40,942 nt of DNA from Chiloscyllium plagiosum (GCF_004010195.1 NW_025215353.1:67213-108154); one strand, 5' to 3'. Positions 13,357-24,941 are shown, numbered from the stretch's first letter. Numbers and translations: made by a program. Notes: a model not told the origin generated them from the letters alone.

Positions 13357-14148
13357 CAGCCACATTGCTTTAGATCTCTCCTCATCCTTTTGCAGTTTTG
13401 TATCCTCCTTCTCACTGTGGGGTGTACTCAGTGTGGACAATTTGACATGAAAGGCAGAGCTGATAACTGGTGACTTTATCTCCTTGCTCGCTCGTGCAGA
13501 CTTCTATGTTGGAAACAGACGTCTCTGGGAACACCACAAAGACAGAGGCTGCATGCACTCCGCACCAAACAAAGCGAGTATATGTCAAATAATAATCTCA
13601 CCATGACATCGCAGCACATATCCAAAACACTGAAAGCATGCTTCTGCACATCAGTGCTGCACTGACAAGTCTCACTGCAATGCTNNNNNNNNNNNNNNNN
13701 NNNNNNNNNNNNNNNNNNNNNNNNNNNNNNNNNNNNNNNNNNNNNNNNNNNNNNNNNNNNNNNNNNNNNNNNNNNNNNNNNNNNNNNNNNNNNNNNNNNN
13801 NNNNNNNNNNNNNNNNNNNNCAGCCACATTGCTTTAGATCTCTCCTCATCCTTTTGTAGTTTTGTATCCTCCTTCCCACTGTGGGGTGTACTCAGTGTGG
13901 ACAATTTGACATGAAAGTCAGAGCTGATAACTGGTGACTTTATCTCCTTGCTCGCTCGTGCAGACTTCTATGTTGGAAACAGACGTCTCTGGGAACACCA
14001 CAAAGACAGAGGCTGCATGCACTCCACACCAAACAAAGCGAGTATACGTCAAATAATAATCTCACCATGACATCGCAGCACATATCCAAAACACTGAAAG
14101 CATGCTTCTGTACATCAGTGCTGCACTGACAAGTCTCACTGCAATGCT
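13357..14148 (+). repeat. 328-bp direct repeat flanking an N gap
   Basis: 13357-13684 and 13821-14148 differ at about six substitutions and abut the gap exactly. Confidence 0.95.
13685..13820. other. Assembly gap
   Basis: N run. Confidence 1.
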
Positions 14149-14825
14149 GCTGCAAGGACACTGTGCTGTGGGACACTAAGCCAGCATGTGGACTGCACCT
14201 CTGGCTGCTCCCTGTGTGTTCACACTTGCTCACTTTGAGCTGATCTGAATGCTGACAGAATTCTTATTTTGCTTGATCCTGCTTTTAGCTGTGTTTACCA
14301 TCAGCCAGCCAACCAGGTGGACACTACTGCCATATTTTCTTTTTGTTTAGCACAGACAGAAAAAAAAAACAGGATACTTGATGTCATTCTTCACTGTCTG
14401 TCAAGGTACCCAGTGAGTGAGGGGGAGTCAGAGATACCAGTCTGGGAGATTGGAAACAGTCAGATGGCGTTTCGTAGTTGCTTGGTCAGGATCCTTCCCC
14501 TGTTCGGGGGTGGCTTCTTCTGTAATGTTGGGTGGCTCCTTCTCTAATGTGAGAATTACCAGGAGTATTAGGGAGATAGAAGTTGTTGATACAGCTATTA
14601 GTGCTGGTGCAGTGGAAGGAAAGGTGGCGAGGTGTCCTAAGTGAGGGAATAGGCAGCACAGACACCAGTAGGAGTTGGAGAGAGGGCAGAGAAGAGGTTA
14701 GACGGAGACCAAGAGAGCTGCTTCATTCAGAGACAAGTGGAAGAACATGAGCTATAATGGCAGGTGGGTGCAGTTTGGGAGATAGATTGAAGGCGAGGTC
14801 ACAAATTGCAGATGGTGGCACTTAC

Positions 14826-15046
14826 CCTGGTGGAGTGGAGAAGGTCACTGACTGCCATCCAGCACTACTGGGCATTCACTCACGAGGCTGGCACGTCATT
14901 GATCCAGCGTTCAATCGCAGACAAAACTGATAGGGTTTGATATCATGCCCTCCACTGTCAGTCCTGACGAAGACAATGCTCCTCTTCTGCACCAGGCCAT
15001 CCACCAGAACCTCAAAGTGGGACGCCAAATTTAACCCCTCTGCCAT
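14826..15046 (-). pseudogene. Decayed Myb/SANT-like DNA-binding exon of a PIF/Harbinger-type transposon
   Basis: Minus strand reads MAEGLNLASHFEVLVDGLVQKRSIVF..., then after a frameshift AQ*CWMAVSDLLHSTR, followed by a donor gtaag (14821-14825). This resembles Harbinger Myb/SANT proteins (E.LVD.V..RR..LF ... QCRKK.NDL..S.R|intron). Stops and frameshifts are present. Confidence 0.55.
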
Positions 15047-15349
15047 GTCCAGGGTAATTTCAGATTGACAATCTAAGAGTGCTATGACGTTTTAACGGTG
15101 CTACCTATTACAGGGAAATCAATTCATTTTCGATTATCCAGGCACTGACAGTTGTCATGAAAAAGAGAACAATCATTGCGCTTGTGTCAGATGAGAGGAA
15201 GACCACGTGGGCTGAGAAGGTAGGCAATGTTGTAGATTGCTGATGGTGTAATGACAAAATTATAATTGTGGAGAGAAACCCTCCATGAAACTCAAATAAA
15301 ACGAGAATTGATCAAATCATAAAATGATTGAGGCCTCTGTCTGTCTGTA

Positions 15350-17000
15350 ACAAAATAGGGAGATGTGAAATATTGGGAGTTACAAACTTATGGAAGGGGG
15401 GTGTTAGAAAAAAGATTCACATCTTTAATAGGTGCTAACATAACGCTCCAGGCTGTTAAAAGATGCCTGAGAAATTTCCTCCGCCTGATACTGGCCATCA
15501 TTATCCAATACTTACTGGATACAGGGATGGTACCCAAGGACTGAGGAATGGTTAACACCGTGACATTATTTAATGTCGAGCATGGGACTGACTGAATATG
15601 TCGAGGCTGGAACTCTGAGGCGCAGGAAAAACGGTCACTGAGGAAGTTCCAGGGACTCCAGAATCGTCGACCTGGATTTGTTCAAGGAAGATCGTGCATA
15701 ATTAATGTGACTCTGTCGGTTCACAGTAGGCATGTCACTCGGTGTGTCGTACTTGGATTTGACAAAAGATCACATGGCAGACTGTCTAAAAAGAGAAATG
15801 ATCGGTTTCAGGTCAAGGGAGCAACAGCCCAGAGAGGTGAATGACAAGACATTTCACGACATCAACCTTAAAGAGGAATGTACAATAAACGAGAGTACAT
15901 TCAGTGTCAGCAGATCCCTGAAAGTAGTTGGAGGCATCAATAATCTCGTTAAGGCAGCAAATGGTATTATTTCCTTGATCAGCCAAACATACAATTCTGG
16001 TCTGCTTCCTTCCAAAATGATGTTGTGAAAATTGAAAGGGTTCAGAAAAGATATGCAAGATAGTTTAGAGAGTTGGAGTATTCGTGGCTTAAGGAAGGTT
16101 GAATAGGCTGCGAATGTGTTCCGTGGATCGTTGGGGACTGAGCGGTGACCTTAGAGAGGTTTTTAAAATCATGAGGGGCTCAGATAGAGTAAAGAGACAA
16201 AGGGCATATTTTTTCACACAGAGGTGATGCGTGTATGGAATAAGTTGCCAAGGTAAGTCGTGTAGACTGGTACAATGACACAATTTCAACATCCAGATCG
16301 CAATGTGAATAGGAAAGTTTTGGACGGTTATTGATCCAATGCTGACATGCGGGATGAGATTAGGCTGAGACATGTGGTCGGTGTGGAGGAGTTGGACTAA
16401 AGAGTCCCCTTTCGTGCTGTTCATCTCCATGACGCAATGACGTTATGAGAGCCGGAACGTATGCTGGGACGGATAAATAATGAGGTCAGTAACAGCTTGT
16501 GTACTGTGTGCAGTTCTGTCGACCCCATCATATGGAAATATGGAATTGGACTGCAGGGTGTGCAGACGAGGGTCGTTACACTGTGAATGTGAAAGTTCAT
16601 TTCTGTGGAAAGATTGGAACGGAGAATGCTGAGAGCAGACTTGATTCAGGTGCACATATTATCAGTGACCTGGTAGAGAGTTATAGAACATCATGGTCCT
16701 TTGTAGAGAGCAGTTACCAGCAATTGATATTTATTGATTAATTAAGAGAAAAAGAATTTTGAAAGATGTTATTTCATCCAGGGTATGGTAGGGATTTGGA
16801 AGTCACACATGGAAGCGGAGTAGAGGCAGAAACTCTCAAAATTTTATTTTAAAAGTACTGCCGAGATCTGTACCTGAAGTCCTATCGTCTCCAGGATTTC
16901 AGAACAACGGCTTTGCAAAAAAAAGTAGCGGTTTTTTTTTTCCAACGCAGACAAAGTGCAGAGTGATCTCATTTACGTTGTGTTATTTTATGAAGTTTTC
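15350..17000 (+). mobile_element. Decayed CR1 LINE fragments
   Basis: GFVQGRSCILN-like RT segment near 15675; aaattgaaagggttcagaaaaga; ggtgaccttagagaggtttttaaaatcatgagggg; CR1-like tail near 16390-16433. Confidence 0.7.
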
Positions 17001-19049
17001 AAAGGTTACCAATACCTGATGCCATCAATATGCAGGGGTGAGGGGAGAGGGCATAAAGTAACCATGGGTAAAGTTATTCGTAACGCAATAACACTTATCC
17101 CATACTTTTATACACAATGCTACTTTAGCATGTTGGCCTATTAATCTTTCATGTCTAAATGGTGAAATCTCTTGAATCCCCAGTTCTCAGTATTGGTCAC
17201 ACTGCATGGACATCTCCAGAATAACAACTACATCTAAACTGGTTCGTAATATTTAAAGTTATCATTTCGTTTGACTTTTTGAAAAGTTAGAAAGCAATTC
17301 AGGGATGACAGCTGGAGACCAGGATGGCTGTAGGGCACAAAAGACGTTACAGAGATAGAAGGTGTGTGAACGCTGGGTACATTCCAGGGACATATATTGT
17401 TCTAGGGGCTGCAAGAGATTATAAAGACAAGGATAGTTATAGTTTTTGTTTGAAGTAAAAAACGGAACTGGACCAGCCAGATCAATATTTTGCGTACACG
17501 AGGATTATGGAGAGAAATCCTCCATGAAATCTGACGAAAATTATACTTGGACAATGTATGACATGACTTAACTGTTTGCTTGTCTCCACTAGAAAGGGGC
17601 ATGACAATCATGTACATGAGGCCGATAAATTTAGACGACACTATGAAAAGGGAAGCGAAATATCCATCTGCACAGCTTATGGTCAATGTTGTGCCTTCCA
17701 TTCTTAGCAGCCGATACGACTATTTCTTTGCATTTTCAGTTGTAGCATCTCAGGAAGTGATCACTTATTCTGATCTGCCGCTCTGTTGAGTTGACCGTTG
17801 GTTAAGTAATGACATCTGGGAGTTTTTGTTGTGGCGAGTAATTTCTGTTTTAATTGTTTCAGTTCAGAATCACATCGAAACCTAATTACAGAATAGGAAA
17901 TTACATTCAGAACTGAACAAGCCACAGCGCTTTATACTTACCCATACCTATTCTGGAAAGCGTGTCTCACAATGAGATCAGAATGATCCCAAATTCCGTC
18001 TCTTGTCTGAATGTCACTTATATTGAAACTGAGCTCCAATGTTCGATCATAAACACTATACACTTTCTCATCAGCCTGTGCAGAATCAGCCCCTGGTACC
18101 TATTACAGTTCGACAGTCAGAACAGACGGATTCAAGACTCAACAATGTGCCTTCGCATTTGCAGCTCTTTAGCATTTTTCTTGAAACTGACAGCCAAAAG
18201 GTGAATTTCAGATTCGTCCCTCTGTGACTTCAAATTGCCAATCTCTATAACATGTTTTTATATTCGATAACTCTTCCTTCCTCTGTACATTCTATAACCT
18301 CTACAAACATTCATGCATTTACAGCATCCTCCAAACCTGCAGAGCGCCCGTTTCAAATAACCCTTGATCCTGTGGGAGAATCTCACAGGTGTACAGGCAG
18401 ATTGTTTTTTTTGGAAGCGGTTAGAGCTAGCAAAGCACGTCTGGGTGGAGGATGTTGAGACAGAGGCCTTGCAGAAAACCGAAAGGAAAGCTTACATTGG
18501 TGCTGCAGGAAATTAATAGGAGGAGGTTCTGCTGAAAAGGATGTGACTTTTCTTGCAGAATCTAACAGAGGGTTGAAGCAGCTGCTGGAGGTTTCAGAGA
18601 CTGGGAGATTTGAAGGGGCACATGAATGTTCGAGATACCTGGAAGAGATTACAAAGTTAGGGATTGCTGGAAATGTTTCCACAGATCAGGAAGGATTATG
18701 TACATGGGGTTTGCAGAGATGGGGATCTGTATCGGGACAGCAGGTGCTTACAGAATCGGGAGAGCTGTCTGGACAAGCTACTGTGTTCTGCAACCTTTCC
18801 TATGCTGGAGACATATTAGAACCGCTGATTTCGACATCCATGCATGGCAGTGATCAGCACAAATTCTCAAATGCGATAACAATTCCAGTTCGAGTATAGA
18901 GATTGACGCGAAGGTGTGGTCTGCACAACTCTCTACAATTATTAATCATGTACAGATTGCGAAAATCATTTGGACGGTATACTAGCTTCTATTCAGCGCT
19001 CGTTGCTCAACAACTATCTCACCTTGTTTCTGAAAACTGGGCTGTTTCT

Positions 19050-21055
19050 GTGAGTTTGAAAAGTATGGCGCCAGAAAAGCACAGCGGGTCAGGCAGCATC
19101 CAAGGACGAGTCGAATCAATATTTCGAATATTATCCCTTCATCAGGAATATGTGTTGTGGGGGAATGATTGTGCTTGAAAGATAAAGATGAACAGGAGTT
19201 TGGGTGTGGTTCTGGGGAAAGGGAGCTGGGAAGTCAGTAGTAGACGCTAGCGTGGGGAGATGGTGATAGGTCAGAGAGCATCATTGTGCAGATAGTTGGT
19301 ATTAAAATAGACAGATATGTCATTTCAAGAGCACACTGCCGAGTTATAGGATTGGATCTGGGTTGAGGTCGGGGGAGAGCAAATTCGACGTTGACGCCAT
19401 GTTGTTGTCGGCTACCATGGTGTAAGATGAGGCCCACGTCATTCAACATGCATGTGAGGCATATAGAGAGATTGAGAACGTGTGTGTGTGTGTGTGTGTG
19501 CCTGTGATTGTGCGTGCGTGCTTGATAGAGTGTGTTTGTGTGCACGATGGAGTACTGGCCTATGTGGAGGTGTGCACATGGGTGCGACCCTTGGGGCTGA
19601 CTGTGTCTTTGCATGAGAGAGAGTGCGGGTCGGAAAGAGCGTCTGTATGTCTGTGTGTGATCGTGTATGTAAGACAGTGAGTTTATGTTTACTTCCGTGA
19701 GTGTGTGTATGAGAGAGAATATAGTGTGGTATGGCCACTTGTATGCGACATGAACTCAAGGTCCCGGTTTAGGCTTGGATTTGTCGGTGCAGGAATTCCA
19801 GGAATGGCATGACCTTGGCGGAGGGGGTGTTGAAGTGGTCGGCCACAGGGTGGCTGGATTCTTTCATGCAAGTGTCTCAGAGATGTTCCCTGAACTGTTC
19901 TGTGAGCTGGAATCCTGTCTCCCCAGTGAACAGGCAAAGTTAAAAATCACATGACACAATATTATAGTCCAACTGATTGAGTTGCAAGCACAAGCTTTCA
20001 GAGCGCTGCTTCAAGTGGAGTAGGATCATTAAACATAAAATTTATAGGAAAATATGTTAATGTCATTCACGGATGCAACATATTGAAACAACCTACATTG
20101 TTGTTACATCTTTCACCTTTCAAAAAGTTTTGCAGGTTTCCATTTATTAATATGTAATTTCCAAATATTCATTAAACTCACATTCCAGAGTTAACTTAAG
20201 GTTTAGCGTGAAAAGGTGACATTTTAGCTCAGACAACGCATTAAAGGTTTGATGTTAGAGTCTGTAGGTATTCCAGACTTTAGCCAGTCTGGTTCTTCCG
20301 GGTGCTTGTGTGAGTGTGTATATTTGAAGGAGAATGTACAGTGCAGTGGGGTCACCTGTAGTGAGACATGAACACAAGGTCCCGATTGAAGCCGATCTCA
20401 TGCCTACTTGGTGAATCTGCATTGTTGCCTGTCTCGAAGTCCGCCTTTGAGGATGATCACCCGAAGAACCGAGGCCGAATGTCCATAATTGTTGAAGTGT
20501 TCACCAACTGAGAGTGAACAGCTCTAGCTCTTTGCAGCCTGCAACACATTATCCATGAGCATGAGCACCTCGTCAACACTTTCCTACGCCTTCACCCATC
20601 ACCTTTAAACAACAGCTAAACTTTCACCATACGATTGTCTGTAATTCCCCAACATTCAAGACAAAGTCGGACACACAACCCTGCCATAGCAGCCAATGAA
20701 AGACGTGTAGGAGTGTCGAGATGGATCCGAATATTATACGTGGGGCGCCACCCAACATGGATCCAGCAGGTACTCAAATGACTCGGACAACGTTTGTCTA
20801 TCCAGATCCAATCCTCCAACTTGGCACTGCATTCTTGAGCTTTCTGACCTGCCCATTTTCCTTCCTATCTATCCGGACCATCCTCCCCGCCAACCTACCG
20901 TTCAACCTCACCCCGCCCCCACGATATTTCTGATGAATGACGTATTCCCAATACGTTGACTTTCCTGCACATTGGACGTTGCCTGACCGTGTGTGCTTTT
21001 CTAGCGCCATTTCCCAATTCTGATTCTCCAGCATCTGCAGCCATCACCTTCTGCT
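19050..21055. mobile_element. Cluster of decayed Penelope-like element fragments (at least two families, both orientations)
   Basis: 19800-19937(-) reads TGETGFQLTEQFREHL*DT...HPVADHFNTPS. 20350-20520(-) reads VGEHFNNYGHSASVLRVIILKGGLRDRQQ. ~19745-19775(-) reads LNRDLEFMSH. These are GIY-YIG C-terminal motifs. pLTR-like copies with decayed hammerhead cores at ~19060-19150(-) and ~20925-21055(+). Confidence 0.75.
19479..19720 (+). repeat. (GT)n microsatellite and degenerate GT-rich tract
   Basis: Pure run at 19480-19500 followed by an interrupted tract. Confidence 0.85.
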
Positions 21056-21818
21056 GTTTATGAGAGGTGGTTGGCGAATGTGACATATCTAACCACCTCA
21101 GCTGATGTGGTAATGTCTTTTTTTCATATTCTCCTTCTCACAATTGGAACTCCAAACATTGCCTTCTCCACGTCGTACAATTCCAGTATCTATCCCAAAT
21201 GTCAGCTACTTGTTTTCCATTAAGTAATTGTTCAGTTTTAACATTCTGTATTTTTCTCTTGACCTAGGTATGGCTCACTCTGGAACATCGGGTTCCACTT
21301 TTAAGAATCTCAGATGTTGTCTAAATGCATGGCTCACGCTTTCTCTCGCTTCCCAGCGTCGTGTGCGGTCGTGAATGTTAAATAGCTGGTTTCAGAAGCT
21401 TTGAGGCACATCTTTGTGCCGTGTTCCAATCCTGTCCACTGAAATTCTGTTGACGTCACTTGCTCTGCTGATCATGTGCTCTGTCACGTGAGGCATCACT
21501 CGATGATTGTTTATTTAGGTGAGGATTAGATCCTGTAGTCGAGTGGTGTTTGACTTAATTCTGGTATTTGAAAGTTTGTAGAGATACTGGGGATGGTTTC
21601 CTGGAGTTTGGGGTTTCAGGTGATTATAGTTACAACATCCGTGTCAGTGATATGACCAACAAATGGAGCAGTGGCTGCAGAGAGTGAAACCACTGTTGAC
21701 CGGAATGAGGAGAGATATGATTTTTCATCAATGTTGTAACAAGACTGAATAACGTGTTCTTTAAACCTATTCATTTTCTTCTGTTTGCAACAAACCAATT
21801 CTCGTTCTCTCCCAGTAC

Positions 21819-23369
21819 GTCACATTCATTGGGAATATGATTTCTCTCCGAGTTCGTGGGTATTATGTTCCTGGAAGCTCACGGGTCTCCAGATTTTCGT
21901 GGTCACCAAGCTGGAACATTTAACTGACGCCCTCCTGTTCCTGTGTACCAGGTTAATGAACTGAATATCCTCCTCTTGCTCCTGAGCAACAGCATCGAAT
22001 AGCTGTATCGTCTCCTGATGCTCATCAGGAATGGTACTGAGGGACTCTGTTGCTCGTCACATTACCTCTCGCCTTTATTGCCTTTCTCTGGTTTTTATAC
22101 ATCATCAAAATTAGAGTGATTCATTAGAGTTTTTTTCTCATTATTGCACAAGTAAATAAGCTTGTTTCACAGATTTAATAAGCTGGATAACATTTTCCTG
22201 TCCCTTTGTAACGGGGTTCAGAGGCTGAATGACGTCATCCTGTTCCTCTGTTACAGTCTGCAACGACTGACTTGCCTCCTCATGTCCCAGTTACAAATTT
22301 GAGAGTCTGAATGGTCTCATCCTATCCCACTGTGACATACTCGAGACACTGAATGGTTTCATCTTGTTCCTCTGTAACAGTCTTGCGACGCTGAATGGTC
22401 TATTTATTTTACTGCGCAACTGACTACAGATGCTGAATGCCCTGCTCCTGACGAACTGAAACAGTCATGAGACAGAAAATGAAGCGGAAACCCGTGTATT
22501 ATGAACCGCCATTAAATTGTATCAGATGGAGACCCCTTCCTTCCCAGATACAAAAACGCAAACAGCAAAATGTATTGTAGGTGGCCTCACAGTGGTCACA
22601 TTCATTGGGAATATGATTTCTCTCCGAGTTCGTGGGTATTATGTTCCTGGAGGCTCACGGGTCTCCAGATTTTCGTGGTCACCAAGCTGGAACATTTAAC
22701 TGACGCCCTCCTGTTCCTGTGTACCAGGTTAATGAACTGAATGTCCTCCTCTTGCTCCTGAGCAATAGCATCGAATAGCTGTATCGTCTCCTGATGTTCA
22801 TCAGGAATGGTACTGAGGGACTCTATTGCTCGTCACATTACCTATAGCCTTTATTGCCTTTCTCTGGTTTTTATACATCATCAAAATTAGAGTGATTCAT
22901 TAGAGTTTTTTCTCATTATTGCACAAGTAAATAAGCTTGTTTCACAGATTTAATAAGCTGGATAACATTTTCCTGTCCCTTTGTAACGGGGTTCAGAATC
23001 TGAATGACGTCATCCTGTTCCTCTGTTACAGTCTGCAAAGACTGACTTGCCTCCTCATGTCCCAGTTACAAATTCGAGAGTCTGAATGGTCTCATCCTAT
23101 CCCACTGTGACATACTCGAGACACTGAATGGTTTCCTCTTGTCCCTCTGTAACAGTCTTGCGACGCTGAATGGTCTATTTATTTTACTGTGCAACTGACT
23201 ACAGATGCTGAATGCCCTGCTCCTGATGAACTGAAACAGTCATGAGAGAGAAAATGAAGCGGAAACCCGTGTTTTTTGAACCGCCATTAAATTGTATCAG
23301 ATGGAGACCCCTTCCTTCCCAGATACAAAAACGCAAACAGCAAAATGTATTGTAGGTGGCCTCACAGTG
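21819..23369 (+). repeat. Tandem duplication, ~776-bp unit, two near-identical copies, each containing a ~41-bp degenerate minisatellite (ctgaatggtctcatcctgttcctctgtaaca..)
   Basis: gtcacattcattgggaatatg starts at 21819 and 22595; gtggcctcacagtg ends at 22594 and 23369. Confidence 0.95.
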
Positions 23370-23753
23370 AGTCCTCGTAGAGCTTTGGGAACACTTCTTT
23401 ATGTGTTGAATGGCTCCCTTTCCAAAATGTGACAACATCCAACTTTCTGCCTTTTCAAGTCCCAATTGGCAGTAGTGGGCTGAATGGCCTCCTCGCACCA
23501 CTCGAGAGCAGGCATATAGGTATAGAATGTTTCCTCATGTTCCGGAGTAAAAGCCTCAATGCTCTGAACGTTGTTTCAAAGCTGTGAAAGGATTTAATAA
23601 TGCAGCACTTAAAATAGGAACAGCATTACACAAAGTCAACGAGGGTCAAATATTGTGATCTTTTTTGCTTAGAAATTTTACTTCTAGCCATTTTATATAG
23701 TCAGTCTCATTTTTCAGAATGGGACATATACAACTTTGCATTGTTGTCTCTGT

Positions 23754-23949
23754 TTTTGAGGAGAAAGTGAGGTCTGCAGATGCTGGAGATCAGAGATGGA
23801 AATGTGTTGCTGGAAAAGCGCAGCAGATCAGGCAGCATCTAGGGAACAGGAGAATCGACGTTTCGGGCATTAGCCCTTCTTCAGGAACGTCGATTCTCCT
23901 GTTCCCTAGATGCTGCCTGACCTGCTGCGCTTTTCCAGCAACACATTTC
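23754..23949. mobile_element. Short Penelope-derived non-autonomous hairpin element with a hammerhead-like core and a 9-bp TSD
   Basis: 64-bp inverted arms 23799-23862 / 23886-23949 with one mismatch. Minus strand 23887-23851 reads TTC CTGAAGA A GGGC TAAT GCCC GAAA CGTC GATTCT. tgtctctgt occurs at 23745-23753 and 23950-23958. Confidence 0.8.
23851..23887 (-). ncRNA. Minimal type I hammerhead ribozyme-like motif (PLE-associated)
   Basis: CUGAAGA-A-GGGC-UAAU-GCCC-GAAA-CGUC; intact core consensus, weak stem I. Confidence 0.6.
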
Positions 23950-24268
23950 TGTCTCTGTAATCCCACATACTAGAATGAAAAATTAAAATGTTTGAAAGAT
24001 ATATGTTTCAATTCTCTGAAATTCTCATCCAATCCTTCCAAACTAAGTAAGTATTCCCTTTTATTCTGATATGAACAGACATGTAAGGAAGGGGTTAATT
24101 GAACCTGATTGTTCGGAGCTTGTGATTACCGTCAGTCTCCATAGATTTTAATTATCCAAGTGGAGGGTTCCAACTTTTATTTATAACTGATTTCTGTTCA
24201 ATGTTGTATCACATGATAAGAACGGAGCATTTCATACAGCACTAACAGGGAACAAAAGCTCCAGAGAG

Positions 24269-24500
24269 ATGTGGAGGATAGATCAGAAGCTGACAGCACT
24301 TGACTGGAAAGATATAACAATGGATCAGAATCTCAGAACAATCGACTGGAATGTTACAACATTGGACAAGGGTGTAAACGAGGCTGTGTGGTATCTTTCA
24401 ACATATTATCATCAATGGTCATTAACATCAAGGATCAAAGTTTCACTTTTGATTATTCAGTATTTTTATTATCCTATTCTGGCTATAGTTGGTGTCCCTG
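24269..24500 (+). CDS. First coding exon of a GPR139-like (class A orphan GPCR) gene: N-terminus and start of TM1
   Basis: ATG 24269 gives MWRIDQ...RIKVSLLIIQYFYYPILAIVGVP, ending at a canonical phase-1 donor G|gtaagt (24501). YYPILAIVGVP followed by an intron matches the exon-1 end of the GPR139-like genes expanded in cartilaginous fish. Exon 2 was not found in the sequenced part of the window. Confidence 0.8.
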
Positions 24501-24850
24501 GTAAGTCTCATTGTCCAGTTATTATTTCGATAAACCACGTTTAACTGTTTTGCAGTTCGCTTCATTTAGATTAGATTAGAATATATTACGTTTTACAAGA
24601 TCTTTCTGATAGGAAGGAGACCAGAATTGCACGCAATGTTCCAGCAGTGCCCTAACGAATATTGTGTACAGCCGCAACATGACCTCCCAACTCCTGTACT
24701 CAATACTCTGACCAATAAAGGAAAGCATACCAAACGCCTTCTTCACTATCCTATCTACCTGCGACTCCACTTTCAAGGAACTATGGACCTGCGCCCCAAT
24801 GTCTCTTTGTACAGCAACACTCCCTTGTACCTTACCATTAAGTGTATAAG

Positions 24851-24941
24851 CTGGAAATATGTTGCTGGAAAAGCGCAGCAGGTCAGGCAGCATCCAGGAG
24901 ACAGGAGAATCGACGTTTCGGGCATAAGCCCTTCTTCAGGA
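24851..24941 (-). mobile_element. 91-bp Penelope-derived insertion with a hammerhead-like core, nested in a CR1 LINE, 14-bp TSD
   Basis: attaagtgtataag at 24837-24850 and 24942-24955. The insert on the minus strand begins TTC CTGAAGA A GGGC TTAT GCCC GAAA CGTC GATTC and belongs to the same family as 23754-23949. Confidence 0.85.
24905..24941 (-). ncRNA. Minimal type I hammerhead ribozyme-like motif (PLE-associated)
   Basis: CUGAAGA core, stem II GGGC/GCCC with a UUAU loop, GAAA, then palindromic ACGU in place of stem III and a putative GUC cleavage triplet. Stem I is weak. Activity is not shown. Confidence 0.6.

Noticed and set aside
13357..14148. 328-bp direct repeats as LTRs or a real duplication
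   Set aside because: Both copies abut the gap exactly and differ by a few SNP-like changes, which is typical of unmerged haplotype overlap.
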